Positions 44,613 through 57,900 of a stretch of 64,000 nucleotides of DNA are shown one piece after another. Numbering within the stretch: position 1 is the first letter of the stretch; each line of letters opens with the position of its first letter. The DNA is taken from contig BAAIJX010000012.1 in assembly GCA_054600435.1 (NCBI GenBank), forward strand, positions 1-64,000, written 5' to 3'. The position numbers and the translations under genes are program-made. Under the pieces are notes generated by a model. That model did not search any database. It was not told the origin of the DNA and saw nothing but the letters and a program-made list of their open reading frames with translations. This stretch comes from Neophaeotheca triangularis (lineage: Eukaryota).

Positions 44613-44764
44613 CGCCGAGGCATCTTGACTGCGATTCATCGCTCGTTTGTCATGACGGACAATGCTAACGACTCCGTCTCAGGCCTGCATAACTGCGCGC
44701 TTACCCCAGTAAGACACCTGCATCCGGTACGTTCATTCCTACTTGGAGCTTTCCCCACCACTGC

Positions 44765-44855
44765 ACGATGAACAAACAAACAATTTTGCTGTGTTCTTTC
44801 CGAGTGTGCTTCGGTACTCGTTGAAGATACAAACTATTTCACCTTGGAGAACTGA
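44765..44855 (+). ncRNA. Box C/D snoRNA, U24/snR24-like (25S Cm1437) with a D' guide to 5.8S rRNA
   Basis: C box ACGATGA; D guide TTCACCTTGGAGA-A-CTGA (25S UCUCCAAGGUGAA); D' guide TTTGCTGTGTTCTT-T-CCGA (5.8S AAGAACGCAGCGAA, with G-U pairs); hairpin between D' and C' (TTGAAGA). Confidence 0.82.
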
Positions 44856-45926
44856 TAGACCCCCTCTCGCTGCACTATACCGATGTATGCAAGACGTTGG
44901 TTGGCTTCGTACTGACTTTGATTCAAAGGGCGCCTTTTGGCTTGTCGTTATCTTTTCATCAGTTAACCTTTGCTGTCTCCTTTGACAGCGATGGGCTGGA
45001 GAAGAGGTGTCGGAATGACTTCGTTTGCTTCGACAGCGGATCGCGAAGCTTCGAGTCTCATGAGACTTGTCTGCCGTACATTGGAGGCATTTGCAGCTAA
45101 TGAGGCATCGCAACAGAACTGCATCAATGGTGTACATCGCGAGTGCCACGCCCGAAAGCAATGACATTCCTTCCTTTTCACACGCTAGGCATCTAGACAT
45201 TATTCGTTCACACGCCATCTAGCTCAATGCCCTCCCGGCAGCCAATCATCGAAATCATCCCAAAAAAGCATTTCAAAAAAGAACCCATCACCGTGAACCA
45301 ATTCAGCCTTGTAAAAAAGTCGTACCAGCGTTAAACTACACGTATTCTCCCGAAAGACAAAAACGGCCGAGTGCGACACCCCAACGGAGCCCTTATCATC
45401 GCAAGAGCCAAGCACCGGGCCCAATGTAGCATGTAGGATATTAAGAAACCCTCAATGTCGCGCGCCGCAATGTACATACGTACTCGGACAGCATTCCAGT
45501 AGTCCTGGCACTCCTTGCTGGCCCATCCGTCCGTCCGTCCGTCCTGTTTCAATTGCCCGTGTATGTACATATTTCCCTGACCATGCAGGGCAAAGCCTTT
45601 GCACACATATACCGCCTCTGCTTGCCCCGTGGCTATCCATCCATCCATCCATCCCTCCATCCGCAAGTCTGTCTTCCCTTCCGATTGAAAACTCGCCCAT
45701 TCCGACTTGCGCCATGTCCCGTTCATCAGCCCTCATGCATGCATGCATGCGTGGCAAGCTCGTTCGCAAGCAGAAAACAAACGTCTACGCCTGTACGCCC
45801 CTGTCGTTGTTGGAATAAGACACTTGCCTTACAAGACCGAAAAATACCAGTGTGCCCCTTCCACCATTATCCTGCCCTGCGGCACCCAAGGCCATCTACC
45901 CAATGTCTGACGTCGGTCGCGTGCAC

Positions 45927-47024
45927 TCAAGTCTGCACCTTCTTATCGCTCTCCTCCGCCCGTTGGGCCTCTTCGGCAGGTTTAGGCGTGCTCGTCTCGC
46001 TCCGGGGGGGTTTGGGTGTCCCGTTCTCCCTTGCGGGCGGTTCGACCATCTCTTCAGCCTGCTGCTGCTGGGGCTGTTGCTGGGGCTGTGGTTGCGGTTG
46101 CGCCTGTGCCTGTGACTTGGCAGCAGCAGCAGCAGCACTAACTTCATGCCTCAACCCACTCTCCTTGGCCTCCTCCTTCTTGACAATGGGCAAACTCCCC
46201 AACTCGCTGCCCTGCCCACTCTGCCCCCTCTTCCTCCCACTCCCGAAATGGTGCCAAGGGCTACCACTACTGGCCGGCCTCTCGCTCCCCGTTTGCGATT
46301 GATTGCCATCGCCGCTTTCTCGGTGACTAGACGAGGACGCCGACTCGGTCAGGCGCGAAAAGATGCCGCGTTTCTTCACCGGCTGCGCTTGCGGTTTTGG
46401 GTCGTCCAGCCCGACGTCTTCGAAATCCGACTCGGGGGTTGGTTGTATCGGGGCGGCGCCCGGGCGGTGCAGCGAGCTTGAGGTTCGCGGCGGTTGCTGG
46501 AAAGTACGGCTATCGAGAGATGCGCGTGGGCGTTCGCTGGGAGTGGTTATGGGGGAGCGCGCGGAGATGTCCTGTTGGGTCGGGTTGGGTTAGTGGTGAA
46601 GTGGGGCATGGTGGGGTCGTGGGGGAATGGTGCGGTCATACAAAGGAGCGGCGGTAAGAGTCGAAGCTTTCGCGGGAGATGTTGAAGGGTTCGTTTTCAT
46701 TAAAGACGCTGCGGTGGTTGGAAGAGGTGGTGGAGCGGGAGGAGTTGGTATGCCAGAAGCCTTTGCGCTCGGGTGGAGAAGGGGGAAGGTAGACGCCGCT
46801 GTCGTTGATTTCTAGTAGTGCATCAATTAGTTAAGTGGTCATGGTTTTGGGGGTTGATGGTTGATGTTTGACGAACCGCTCAATTTGTATTCGGCCGGCT
46901 CTTTCTCTTTCTTGGTGATTTCCACTGGTTGCGAACCACTGACTGGCTTCTCGCCCGAAGTCACAGCAGTGGGGGGTCGCTGGTTCTCATCTTTACTGCG
47001 GAATGGATTGCGGATGATAGGCAT
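45927..47024 (-). CDS. Hypothetical protein, largely disordered; exons 47024-46877, 46811-46642, 46571-45927
   Basis: MPIIRNPFR..EYKLS|EINDSGVYLPPSPPE..PFNISRESFDSYRRSF|DISARSP..FEDVGLDD..KKRGIFSR; two canonical introns join the frames. Confidence 0.8.
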
Positions 47025-48632
47025 GATTGCGGTCGCGTGTGGTAATCCCTTAGATTACAATAGCCGTAATAGAACAGCGCCGTAGGTCGATCGCGTTGTA
47101 TGTATGCCCTCGCTCTCGCTGCCAATGGTGAGGGTGCGGTGTGGGTTGATGAAGTGGTGAATGGTCCTTTTGCTAGAATGGATAGCAAAGCCGGCGGGAT
47201 TGATTGATGGAAGTATGTATGTTGTACGGTAAATAGTGTTGTGGTGGAGTGGAGCGGTGTTAGTTGTAGTAGTAGTAGTAGTACTGTTGCGACAACAACA
47301 ACAACAAGAAGAGCTGGAGAGACATGCGATGGGAGTAGTGGGAGTGGATGGGTCGAGTACCAGCGCGCAAACTCGCCGGCGCCGAGTCTATTAAACTCGA
47401 TCCCGAGGAAGGCTCGGCGGACTGTCGAGTGGAGGCTGTTTCGATGACGGAACATTATTGCAAGCTACCTAGGTACCAATCAATTGCAACAGCACAGATT
47501 CAACCAATTGATTGATTGATTGATTGATTGATCTGAGTAATGCCCGCTCAATGCCCCGATTCTGTTTGAATCTTGATTTACCGCCCAGAGCCGAACGACT
47601 TTCGACTTTGCTTCAAGCCAACAACCACTCACTGCCCCTAAACCGCTCCAAAAGAAGACGCCGCTACACCAGCAAGGAAGGATACATATACGCAGCTACA
47701 GTAGGTACCTAGGCTAGAAAGTAGTACTCACCTCGTGCGAGCTTAGTACTCACCTCGTACATGTACCTACTACCAACTAGGAGGTAGTGTACCTAGTGGG
47801 CATCAGTGCTGGGCAACGGGTAGGCGGCGAACAAACACCGATCAGCGACCATGCCCAAGGAACCGAACCTTGGAAGTATCATCATCAGGCAAAGTTGGAT
47901 GTTCCAAGCGGACCGAAGCCTGGAAGCTCTTCTTGATGATGACGGAGACAGCCATCGCAACCCGTTGCTCATGTTGCTTGACCATGATCCTGCGTAGTGA
48001 ACTAGTGACTTGTCGACTTGCGCCCGCTCTCGAGGTAATAATTCTCTTTTTCACATCTCGTCCCATATACAACCTAGTGGGTCAGGACTCGATGGACTCA
48101 GGAGGCATCTGACGTCGGGACCTTCTTGTTCCGCAGCTCGGTCCCAACCTCCGAGGTAATGGCCAGTAGGTAGCTGGTAATAGCTTTGAAGACAGGTTCA
48201 CGGTACAGGATTGGGAGAGGGAGAGGGAGGTCAATGTTAGACATCGCAACTACCTTCATTGTTTATCGACATGGCCATCGTTGAGGGAGTTCGTCTGAGA
48301 GCACGTGACTTGTAAGAAAGACGCGTGAGCCAATCAAAGCAAGCCCGACACCCCCGACGTGGAAGAGCGAAACGCGACCGCGTCGTCCCAAAAGGGAAAG
48401 AGTATTGGGAGGATTCAAGGCCAGCATAAACAAAGCTCAATACATAAGGTACAGTACTATAAGGTACATCCTATTACAATAACTACTACAAGACTCGCTT
48501 CTTGCTATTTGCTTGCTCGGCATCGCTTTCTGCTCAGCCTATTCCCCGTAGTCTATTGCGCATTGCATGTTACGGGCCGGCATACTTATACAGGCGCATA
48601 CATAGCAACGAGCGAGGTAGTTTGCGATCGCA

Positions 48633-50239
48633 ATGGTAAGATCCCTGCCACAACACTCGCCAAAGCTCATCGTGTCCAAACTCACTCATCCCAGAACTCA
48701 CGTACACTGCGCCGTCTGGCCGCCGACCACGGAGCTCTTCACAATCAGCCTCTTCCACCAAACTACCTTTTCCCGCCCACTGGCGCCACGGCCGATTCTC
48801 TCACCGAGGTCGACATACTCCTCGCAGGACCTACACACACCCCTTTCGAAGCAGGCGTTTTCAAACTTCACCTCAACATCCCGCCAGAATATCCCCAAGC
48901 GCCTCCGACCGCCAACTTCCGCACCCCCATCTTCCACCCAAATGTCGAGCAAGAGACTGGAGGCGTGTGTGTGGAGACGTTGAAGCGGGACTGGGACGCG
49001 AAACTCACATTGCGCGACGTGCTGGTCACTATCTGTTGCCTGTTGATTCAGCCTAACCCGGACAGCGCGCTGAATGCTGAGGCTGGGGCATTGATCAGAG
49101 ATGATTATGAGGCTTTTTCGAGGCGGGCGAAGCTGATGACCAGTATCCATGCTGTGATACCGAGGACTTTGAAGGAGGCGGTACAGGAAGCCCAGGAGCG
49201 AGGGCAGGAAGTAAGCGAGGAGCCGGGAGGGAAGAAGATGCAAGGGGATACGCTGGAAGGTCCTGCGGGGCAACCAGCGGGAGGGGAGCCGGTAAGAAGG
49301 AGAAGGACGGTGGCTCGTGTCAGAGGTACGGCGGCCGCGAGAAGGGCAGATGCTTCACCTTCTGGTGCAGCTGTCAGACGCAGAGCCCAGCCAGGCCCGA
49401 GCAGACCTTTTGCCGTTCCAGCTGCCGGCGATGATATTTTCGGACTGTCCCGTAGAGACCGCGAGCAAATGCACACTCCCTCGGACACGGAGGAAGACAG
49501 TATCTTCGGACCCAGCCAAGAGAACGACGCAACTAGATCTCCCGTCAAAGCCAAGACTCCAACCAAACTCGCTACACCAAAACGCCCCCAAGGTGCACCC
49601 GTACCACTGGGAGAACTAACAATGGAAGACGCCCCGCCCACCGCCGAAGACCACAGCTGGGACACGTCCGAAGACATGGAACCCGAATACCCACCCAGCC
49701 CACGCAAAAGCGCCTCCAAATCCCCCCGAAAGCGCATCGAGCAAGCAGAACGCAGCACCAACACGACCACCACAACAACGACGCCAGACGCCCTCCACAG
49801 AGCCCCGAACATGACCCCCCCAAACAACCACGCCACCCCTCTAGCCACCTCCTCCCCCTTCGCACCCACAGCCGCCGCCACCGATCTCGCAAACCCCACC
49901 CCCTCGCCCCGCAAAACCCGAAACCCCTTCTTCGCCCCCGCCAAAACAACCCCGCTCGCACCACCTAAACTCGCTTTCCCCCTCAAGCAACAACAGGCCG
50001 CCAACACCACCCGAGCGGACACAAGCACCACCAATCACAAGACCAAAGGCAAGGGCAAAGCAAAAGCCATTTCCAAGCCGCCTCCTTCCTCCCCTTCTTC
50101 GGCGGAAAAGCGCGCGAGAGCTGCGAGCGAGGCGCGTGTTCGGAAAATGTGGGAGCTTTGCGGGGGCGATGTTGGGGAGTGGAACCGCGGCAGTTTTGGC
50201 AGCGAGCTGGGATGGGAGGTCAAGGCTTCTAGGTGGTGA
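48633..50239 (+). CDS. Ubiquitin-conjugating enzyme E2 (UBE2S-like) with long disordered C-terminal tail; exons 48633-48635, 48695-50239
   Basis: ATG|GTAAGA...CAG|AAC gives MNSRTLRRL; GPTHTPFEAGVF, YPQAPP, IFHPNV..GVCVETLKRDW (catalytic Cys), PNPDSALNAEAG. Confidence 0.88.
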
Positions 50240-50253
50240 GTGGTGAGTGGTTG

Positions 50254-50273
50254 GGGGGGGGGGGGGGGGGGGG
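50254..50273. repeat. poly(G) homopolymer (~20 nt) just after the E2 stop codon
   Basis: Read directly from the sequence. Confidence 0.9.
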
Positions 50274-51413
50274 AGGAGGGAAAATGATTTTAAGCTTTGC
50301 CGGTTTCGTGCGTGTGCTTCTGGAGCTCGGGGTGCGCTCTCGTCTATGAGGAGAGGGGAGGAGTTGGAGTTGGGCGGTGGTTCTCTCTTTTATTTGTGCG
50401 ATGGTGGTGGAGTCCAGGGCGCGGTGCTGAACCTACGTTTCGCCCGTCTGCGGGTGGATGGGTGGGTGGGAGGGAGGTGTCGAACTCTCTTTCACGAAGT
50501 GGTTTTCTGGCCTTTTGCGTTTGGAGCGGATCCGACCTGGGTGGGGAAAAGGGGGATCTTTTCGTTTTGGTTTCCGTCTGTGAGATACCCTAGATATTCT
50601 GGTGCAAAAGGATATATGACTTACGCTACAAGCACCTACCTAAGCTTGTTCGCTCTAGATGACCAATCACACGCAGCAATTGTATTCTGTTCTCGGTGGC
50701 GAATTGAATTGAAGGGGAAATTTGGATTAGCTGCTTTGTCTCCGTTCATTCAAAGATTGTTTTCGGCGGCTTGCGACTGCCACGGGGGTTGATTATAAAG
50801 TACATCACTATGCAACGCCTTGCCGTCAGTTTTGCACAGACGGATATTTTATCTCTTTCCGCTCTTTGACGGCGGGGACTTGTATGGATCTAGCTGCGGT
50901 TGGACTTGCAGCGGCAGTGTTTGGTTCGAGAATAATACCCCCTGGATACGAAACAAGCACATCTCCTCCTTGCGATAGAAGAAGAAGAGGTGGAAATCTG
51001 TCCCAAGAGCGTCTTTCAAGTTCTACCGAGCTGGGCTATTCTGTCCAAGGCTATAGTTAATGCAGTCGGGCCACGGGACGCTGCCGGGTAAACGCAAGCT
51101 TGTGGCTCTAATGTCCCCATCTCCTCCACCCTGCATGGCTTCAACAAGCCAAGTCGAGAGGAGGGTCGTGCTGGCTTCTTCTTGGTAAGCCCCGAGTAAA
51201 GGGCACGCGACTCTGCGTCATCGCTCGCCCGCTATCGCGTCGAGAGGACGCCCTGGGCCCCTCACATGCACTTCGTGAGAAATGGAAAACCCGTGCAAGA
51301 AAATCACCTATCGGCCCACGGATAGATATCCTCGCAACCATTGTACAAGCAGCCAACTCAGCCAACCCAGCGCGCGAAAAACCCATCCAAAACCCGCCTA
51401 TCCACCTACCTAC

Positions 51414-52521
51414 CTACTCCTTCCCATCCAACCCGCGATAAAAGTCCCACCCAAAAGCCCCGCTAGGATCATTAAACCGCAGCCTGCGATCCAAACCATC
51501 CAGAACCCTCACATCGGCAGGCTCGAGGACAAAATCGCCTTCCAAATTCTCCCGAATCCGGCTCTGCGTCTTGCTCTTTGGGATGACGCTCCTGCCGTGG
51601 GCGATGCCCCACGCCAGCGCGACTTGGGCGCCGCTTTTGCCGTACTTGCGGCCGATTTCGAGGAGCGTGGGGTCTGAGATTAGGTTGGCGAGGGTGGCGC
51701 CTTTGGTGTAGATGGGGTTGCTGTTGCCGAAGGGGGAGTATTGGGTTAGATGGATGTTGTGGGTTTGGTGCCATTGGTGGAAGGCCGGTTGGGCGAGGTA
51801 GGGGTGGAGTTCCAGCTGGTGAGCGGCGGGGACGATGTTGGTGTTGGCTAGGAGGGTTTCCATTTCGGGGAGGCTGAAGTTGCTGACGCCGATGGCGCGG
51901 GTTTTGCCCGAGTGTTGGAGCTTTTCCATTGCGAGGTAGGTGGTTGTGTAGTCGGTGGTGCCCGGGAGGGTTTTGTTGTTGGCGTCTTTGGGGATGGGCG
52001 CGCCGCCTTCTTGGAAGGGTGAGGGCCAGTGCATGAGGTAGAGGTCTACGTAGTCGAGGCCGAGGTCTGCGAGGCTGGCGTCGAGGGCGGGTTCGACGGA
52101 GGAAGGGGCGTGCTCGTTGTTCCAGAGTTTGGTCGTGATGAAGAGTTCGCTGCGCGGGATGCCGGCTTTGCGGATGGCGGCGCCTACTGCTTTCTCGGTG
52201 CCGTAGATGCGGGCGGTGTCTGTGAATGGGAGAGAGAGATCGTTAGGCACAAAGGAGAGGATTCTGGTGGATAGGCGAAAGAATACCAATGTGGCGGTAC
52301 CCGCATTTGAGAGCTGTCAGGACAGCTTCCTCCTGCGCTTCCTTATCCTGCCATGTCCCAAAGCCGAGCGCAGGGATCGAAGCTCCCGTGTTCAGTTTAT
52401 GCATTGTGCCCGCCGTCGAGGCCATTCGAAGCTGTTGTCGAGTTGCATTTTGTTGCGAGGAGAGCTGTCTCGAGACCTGGGCCAGACGGCCGATGGTGGT
52501 GGATAGTAGACGAGACGACAT
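51414..52521 (-). CDS. Aldo-keto reductase (Gcy1/Ypr1-like); exons 52521 (or 52425)-52287, 52219-51414
   Basis: [54 protein letters not shown] (D-Y-K-H tetrad). Intron 52220-52286. Confidence 0.93.
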
Positions 52522-53404
52522 TTTGATGAGCCAATGGAGAAGCAATGGGGAGAGGTGATGGGAGAGTTGGAGAAATGGTACTTGGCCTGCGAGTGATATG
52601 AGAAGTGTCTTTTCGTGGTTAAACGTGGTCTACGACCAAGTAGGAAGCTCGATGGATGGAATGTCGTCTCGGGTCGCTGGTGACGTAGAAGTAAAGTTAA
52701 CACACAGCACACGCATCGGCTTGATCGACATGGTCTTTTCCGCCCTCGCGATACATGCACGTGTCGACGATAGAGCATAAAGAGAGCAATAGGATGCCTT
52801 TTTGAGCGGTAACTCCTATCCTCTTCATTCTTCTGATAAGGTAAAGGCTTGATGGCTTTCCATCGCACGGGACCGGAGATGGAGAAAGAAGATTCACGTG
52901 GCTGTTGTGGCTCGCCGCGAAACGACAGGTTGGTCCATGTAATAATAAGCTTCTTGCGACACCTACCTTACCACCTTACCATGCCAAACTTACTATTAGA
53001 GTTCAACTGCGAGCCTGACTTTATCATTGAGCGTCGAGCCTAGGAGTTTGATAAACTACCAACACGGTGAATTCATGTGTAAAGAGAGGCTTGACTTGTG
53101 ACGGTCATTCAGCTGTATTCTACCTACCTAGCTGCCACGACTCCATCATCGTTTCGATGGTTTAGAATATAAATTCCAACCATCACAGCCTAAGAGACAC
53201 CTCCACGAGCGCTGACATTTTATACGACTTTCGAGTTCCGACAATGGACATTTGCCACTCTTGTACAATGCTCTGACGCTACAAGCCCCTCCATTACCCT
53301 CGGTGTAATTAAACAGGTATATCCTCCAGCCGAACCCCTCCACTCCACCCCATCGCCCAGCACATCTATCCGACCACCGCACAACACGATTTTACTCAAC
53401 AACC

Positions 53405-54204
53405 TTACAAAGCCAAGAGCCCGACAAGACCAACAGCGCCAGCGAGAACACCACCAGTCAAAGCAGTAGGCATAGCGGCAGAACCTTCCTCGGCAGCGGA
53501 AGAAGTCTCCTCGGAATCCGCGCCGGCAGCACCACCAGTAGAAGAGTCATCCGTCTCCTCTGCATCAGCGGCAGTGCTAGTCACCGACACGGTTCCAGTG
53601 TTGGAAGCCACCCTCTCGGAGACTACACTGTTGATGCTCTCGTTGCGCGACGAAACGGCGCTGGAGATGGAAGCCTGGCTCTGAGAGACCTCGGTGGCGT
53701 TGCCGATGGCCGTCGCTTCAGCCAGGGAGGGCGACGAGGTGATGGTGTCGGAGCTGGAAGCGGAGCCGAGGACGTCCTGGCTGATGGAGGCCGACGCCGA
53801 TGCGATGCTGCCGTCGGTCGGGGAGACGAGGGCTTCGGTGGCGGAGCTGATGGCGCCCGCGTCGCCGGCCGCGATGGGGTCGAGGTAGCTTTGCACGTCG
53901 TCGGGGATTTCCGAGTACCAGGATGGCGTTTCGTTGGCTTCGAACTCGGACACTACGGAGCTGAAGACGGCGGCCGAGTTGGTCAAGTACTCTTGCACGA
54001 GCGTCTGGGGGAGAGCGGTTTGGAGGACTTGGATGATGGATATACTGCGGGGGTTGGTGTTAGCGATTGGGTATTGTAGCTGCCGTATGGTTAGGGCGTG
54101 GTATGTTTTCGTGACACTTACAACTCTTCCTGCTGATCCTGCTGGCGCTTCTCAATAGCGAGAGCAGTGGCCGCGAGGGCGGAGATGGCGAGGGTTTTGA
54201 ACAT
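53405..54204 (-). CDS. Secreted Ser/Ala/Thr-rich, probably GPI-anchored, cell-wall protein; exons 54204-54122, 54044-53405
   Basis: Signal peptide MFKTLAISALAATALA followed by KR; TPSWYSEIPDDVQSYL motif; hydrophobic C-terminus GVLAGAVGLVGLLAL. Intron 54045-54121 (GTAAGT...GCTAAC...CAG). Confidence 0.85.
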
Positions 54205-54901
54205 TATGATAGTAGATTTGGGAGGTTGTTGCAAGAGAGAGAGAGGATAGAATGAGAAAAAGCAGCAAACGCGAAAAGACGGTTATTGTTGGACAACACA
54301 GTAGTAGTAGTAGTAATGGTAGAAGTAGTAGTCGAAGTAGTAGTGGAGGGAGGCCTGGAGAAAACGCGTAGGGGGTGGAGACTTGGTCAAAAGATTCAGG
54401 GTCGAGCTTTCCCCGAGCGGTTAGCGCTGGTGCAAGAGCCACGCAAAAGCCACGCAAAGACCCCTGAGACTACTAGTACCGTACCAATAATAATAATAAT
54501 AATGGGGGGGACAGACAGCTGCAGACCCCCGGTGGTACTGTATGTTTTGTGATAGCGTTGTACGACTACCTGCACCTTACCTGTACCTTACCTTACCTTA
54601 CGACAACATTCATTAGGCAACAGCTGCATTAGAATGACATCAGCTTATTCCAGCACTCAAAATCCATAAACCACCTAGCCCTTCACTTCTAGATTGATTG
54701 AGACCGGGTTTTCCTGGGAATACTTGCAGTACAAGTCCCGTTGTCTCTCCAGGAAGAGATCGTCCAACCTTTGCCAGCACTGCCAAGTTACACTGATCAC
54801 GCTTGTAGTAGTAGTAGTAGTAGTAGTAGTAAAAAGGGTGGAAAAAAGCCATCGCTCAAACGCTGACAAGTTACAACAACACCAATCCGCACGCCACAAA
54901 G

Positions 54902-57900
54902 TCACTGCGCTTTACGCTGTAACCGCTTCCTGGCAACAACCGACGAATGTTTCTCCAGCGCGCCGTCGTCCGCGACTCTCGAAACCGAACCCCGCCGCGT
55001 CGTCTTGATAACCCTGACGACATTGCCAAAAGCAACCGCCACCGAGTGCGCGTCCAAAGACACAATAGGACCGGCACTGTTGACGTACAGAGCGTCGTCC
55101 GTGGCCGCGTCGCTCGCTTCGCTCGAAGAAGCCTCCACCTCGACGCTTTTGAACTCGCCGGTGGTGGAAAAGCTGTAGCCTTCCCAGACTTCGGGGCTCT
55201 CGTCGTGGCGGCGCGAGTGTGCGCGGTCGTGTCGGCGGTGGCGCGGTTGCCGGGCGGCCGCCGCGCGGTTCGCGAGCTCTTCGCGTGAGATTTCCGTCTT
55301 TCGCTTACGCAGTCCTAGCACTATGCCGCTTTCTAGCAATCGCCAGGTTCCGGCATCTGGCAACTTGTTCTGGGTCGCTGTCGCCTTGTCTGGCGTTTGA
55401 CATTGCTTGGCGCCAGGCTTTAAGCACAGGCTGGCTTCTGCGTCGCCACTGCGAGCACTTGCGTTTACAAGAATGCACTCTTTGTTGAGAAGACCTTCTG
55501 CCAAGTATGCGAAAGATCGGAGTGACGGGGAGCGACAGATTGCGCATCGTGATACTTCACCAACTACGACTCCGCCTCGTGCGAGATCGATGGCGTTGCC
55601 ATGATCCATTTTGGAGAGAACGGCGAAGCTTCGAGCATCGACAAACAGAATCTGACTTCCGTGTGCTATTACCAAGAATTCGCAATCCGTGGCGCGGTAC
55701 GGTTTGATGCTTACAGCGCCTTGCAAGCTGCCATCTGGCAAATCGAGGGGCATTGGCTTCTCTTGCTGCAGCGACCAGTACGAACCGTCCAAGGTGTGAG
55801 CTGAGAGTACAGCATTCTCGTTGATCGTGACTAGTCGTTGTCCCTGTCTAGCTGGTTCGACAAGTGCGGCTCCTAGCAGGGGTACGTGCGATATTCTGAA
55901 CTCATCCGTAGCTCTCGAGCCAATATTGAACAGTGCCAACCGTCCTCCCGAGGTAAGACACACAAAGAAGTTGCATGTTCCTTCCGATGTAGCTAGGCGC
56001 GCAAAGTCGAAAACGAGCGATGGATTGTCGTCCGGGTATTGTACGTGATGCCTGTCGGTGTAGCCTGCTGCGCTCTCTGAAACGCTGACAGCGTCGTCGG
56101 CCCAATGTATGGCAAGTTGTTCACCGGAAGCATCTGCTACGAATTTGTGAGGCGGCCAAGCTTGGTCTCGCAACGCCTCGAAGGGTATACTGTGCGTGAG
56201 ATAGGCATCGCGACTCCGATCAAACCTAGTCACGACTATGCTTCGGTCGAGGCCGACGGAAACGATGCACTCGTTGCTGCCACAGGCCATGTCGACAATG
56301 TCGAGTCGGTGCGGTAACGAAATGGTATCTGCAGATAGTCTCTGTCGATTCCGCTCATCGTCCAAAGCATCATCATCTGGAACCGCGGTGTAAAGGAGAA
56401 AGTTCATCAGCACGGCTACGAACGCCACGACAAACACCACAGCCACCGCAGATGGGTAAAGGTGATGGAGTGCGAAGCTGCGTAGGGCTTCAATCCATTC
56501 GGCACGGCCATCATGATTACCAGTGCGATCGGAATCTGACAGTACCACAATCAAAGGCGAAAAGACTCGGATGATGAAGCTGTGGGCACCAGGTTTGACG
56601 AGTCGCATCACCTCGCGAGCAGTATCGAAGTCTTGCATGCGCATCCACTCGCCCGGCGTGAGTGTAGCGTTCATTGGCGGCGGTGGTGCAAATGTGTCTA
56701 GTTGGTCGATACTTCCCCCACCGCTTTTGAAGAGGCCAAAGACTTGCCGGAGGGTTGTGGTGTCATTCTTGTATTCGAAGAAATGATAGTTTAGGCTGAT
56801 GACGAAAGTAGTGGTGACTACCGTGCCAGCCATGCGCGTTGATACTGGAAGGCCGCCGTGCACTAAAGCATCGAACCAGGTCCGTTGTGATGGGGATGCG
56901 CGCCTCGGGCGTGATCGGGCATTGGTACGATGCAGCGAATCCTGCAGCTCCAGGCGGCGTATGTCGACCATAAGTACTGCTACAAAAAAGGTGAGTAGGA
57001 AGAATGAGTCGAATACTGTGGCGATAGCGGCGAAAGCGCAGAATGCTGCAACGCCCGGAGAGACTACTCGAGATAGAAACCACAGCAAGGCGAGGTTCTG
57101 TGCGGCAGTCGCAACAGACAAAGGTCCCACGTCACCAAGAGCGTTCGCAATACGAAGGTCGGTAGCCGTGGTTGGAGGGTAGGCAAGGACCGCATTAATC
57201 AGGCGGAACATGTTTTCAATTCCAATCACCAACACCACAAATGGATAAGCATTTCGAGGGACCGAAGCCAGATTTATCTTGAGTATGCCACAAATGGTGA
57301 AGCTCGCCAGGATGGAAGTCGTAATTTGAGTTATGGCGGTAACGACCAGGCCGGCGCGCGAGTGGAAGGCTTTTATTCGACGCAAGCTCATCAACACATA
57401 CAGCGCCATGAAGCCGTAAGCACAGGCAAAAGCGACGTTCTCTCGAAAGCTCAGAGGCGTGAAGCTGAATTGATAGAGTCGACTGCGGCTGACCTGGCCA
57501 TTCGGGGGATACACCGTGCAATTGGGACAAGCATTGCCGGCCAGCGAGTGCATTTTGTCTTGCCACTTGATACCGACGTTGTCTTCGAATTTGTTCACCA
57601 ATGTGATTACGAGAGCATCGGCGGCTTGGAGTCGACGATTATCAAACGATTTCCCAGCGAAGACAGAAGCAGGACGTAAGCCGACATTGAGCGACGATGC
57701 ACTCTTTGCTTGGTCGTTGATAGTTCTCAAGATATCGACGTCATCCTCGATTGCTTGACCGGAATTGTTCCAGTACATCAAAGGCGAATGATATCCCCAG
57801 GGGAGACTTCCTGATCGAAGCTTGTCACTGAGTGTTGGGAAAATAGTCGTGAGCTTCTCGCCACCCACCAAGGTTTGCTGGATAGTGAGAGCACTCTGGA

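Larger units (their letters stand above)
43200..44990 (+). ncRNA. Non-coding multi-intron snoRNA host gene (ends approximate); introns 43441-43627, 43709-43906, 43907-44157, 44158-44454 (with nested 44318-44373), 44496-44682, 44727-44928
   Basis: Six tandem donor/branch/acceptor sets, each enclosing one C/D snoRNA; the exons lack a meaningful ORF; transcribed divergently from NIT2. Confidence 0.82.

Noticed and set aside
48359..48632. N-terminal part of the 626-aa ORF as part of the E2
   Set aside because: Non-ATG start. The ATG|GTAAGA intron at 48633-48694 gives a normal E2 N-terminus.
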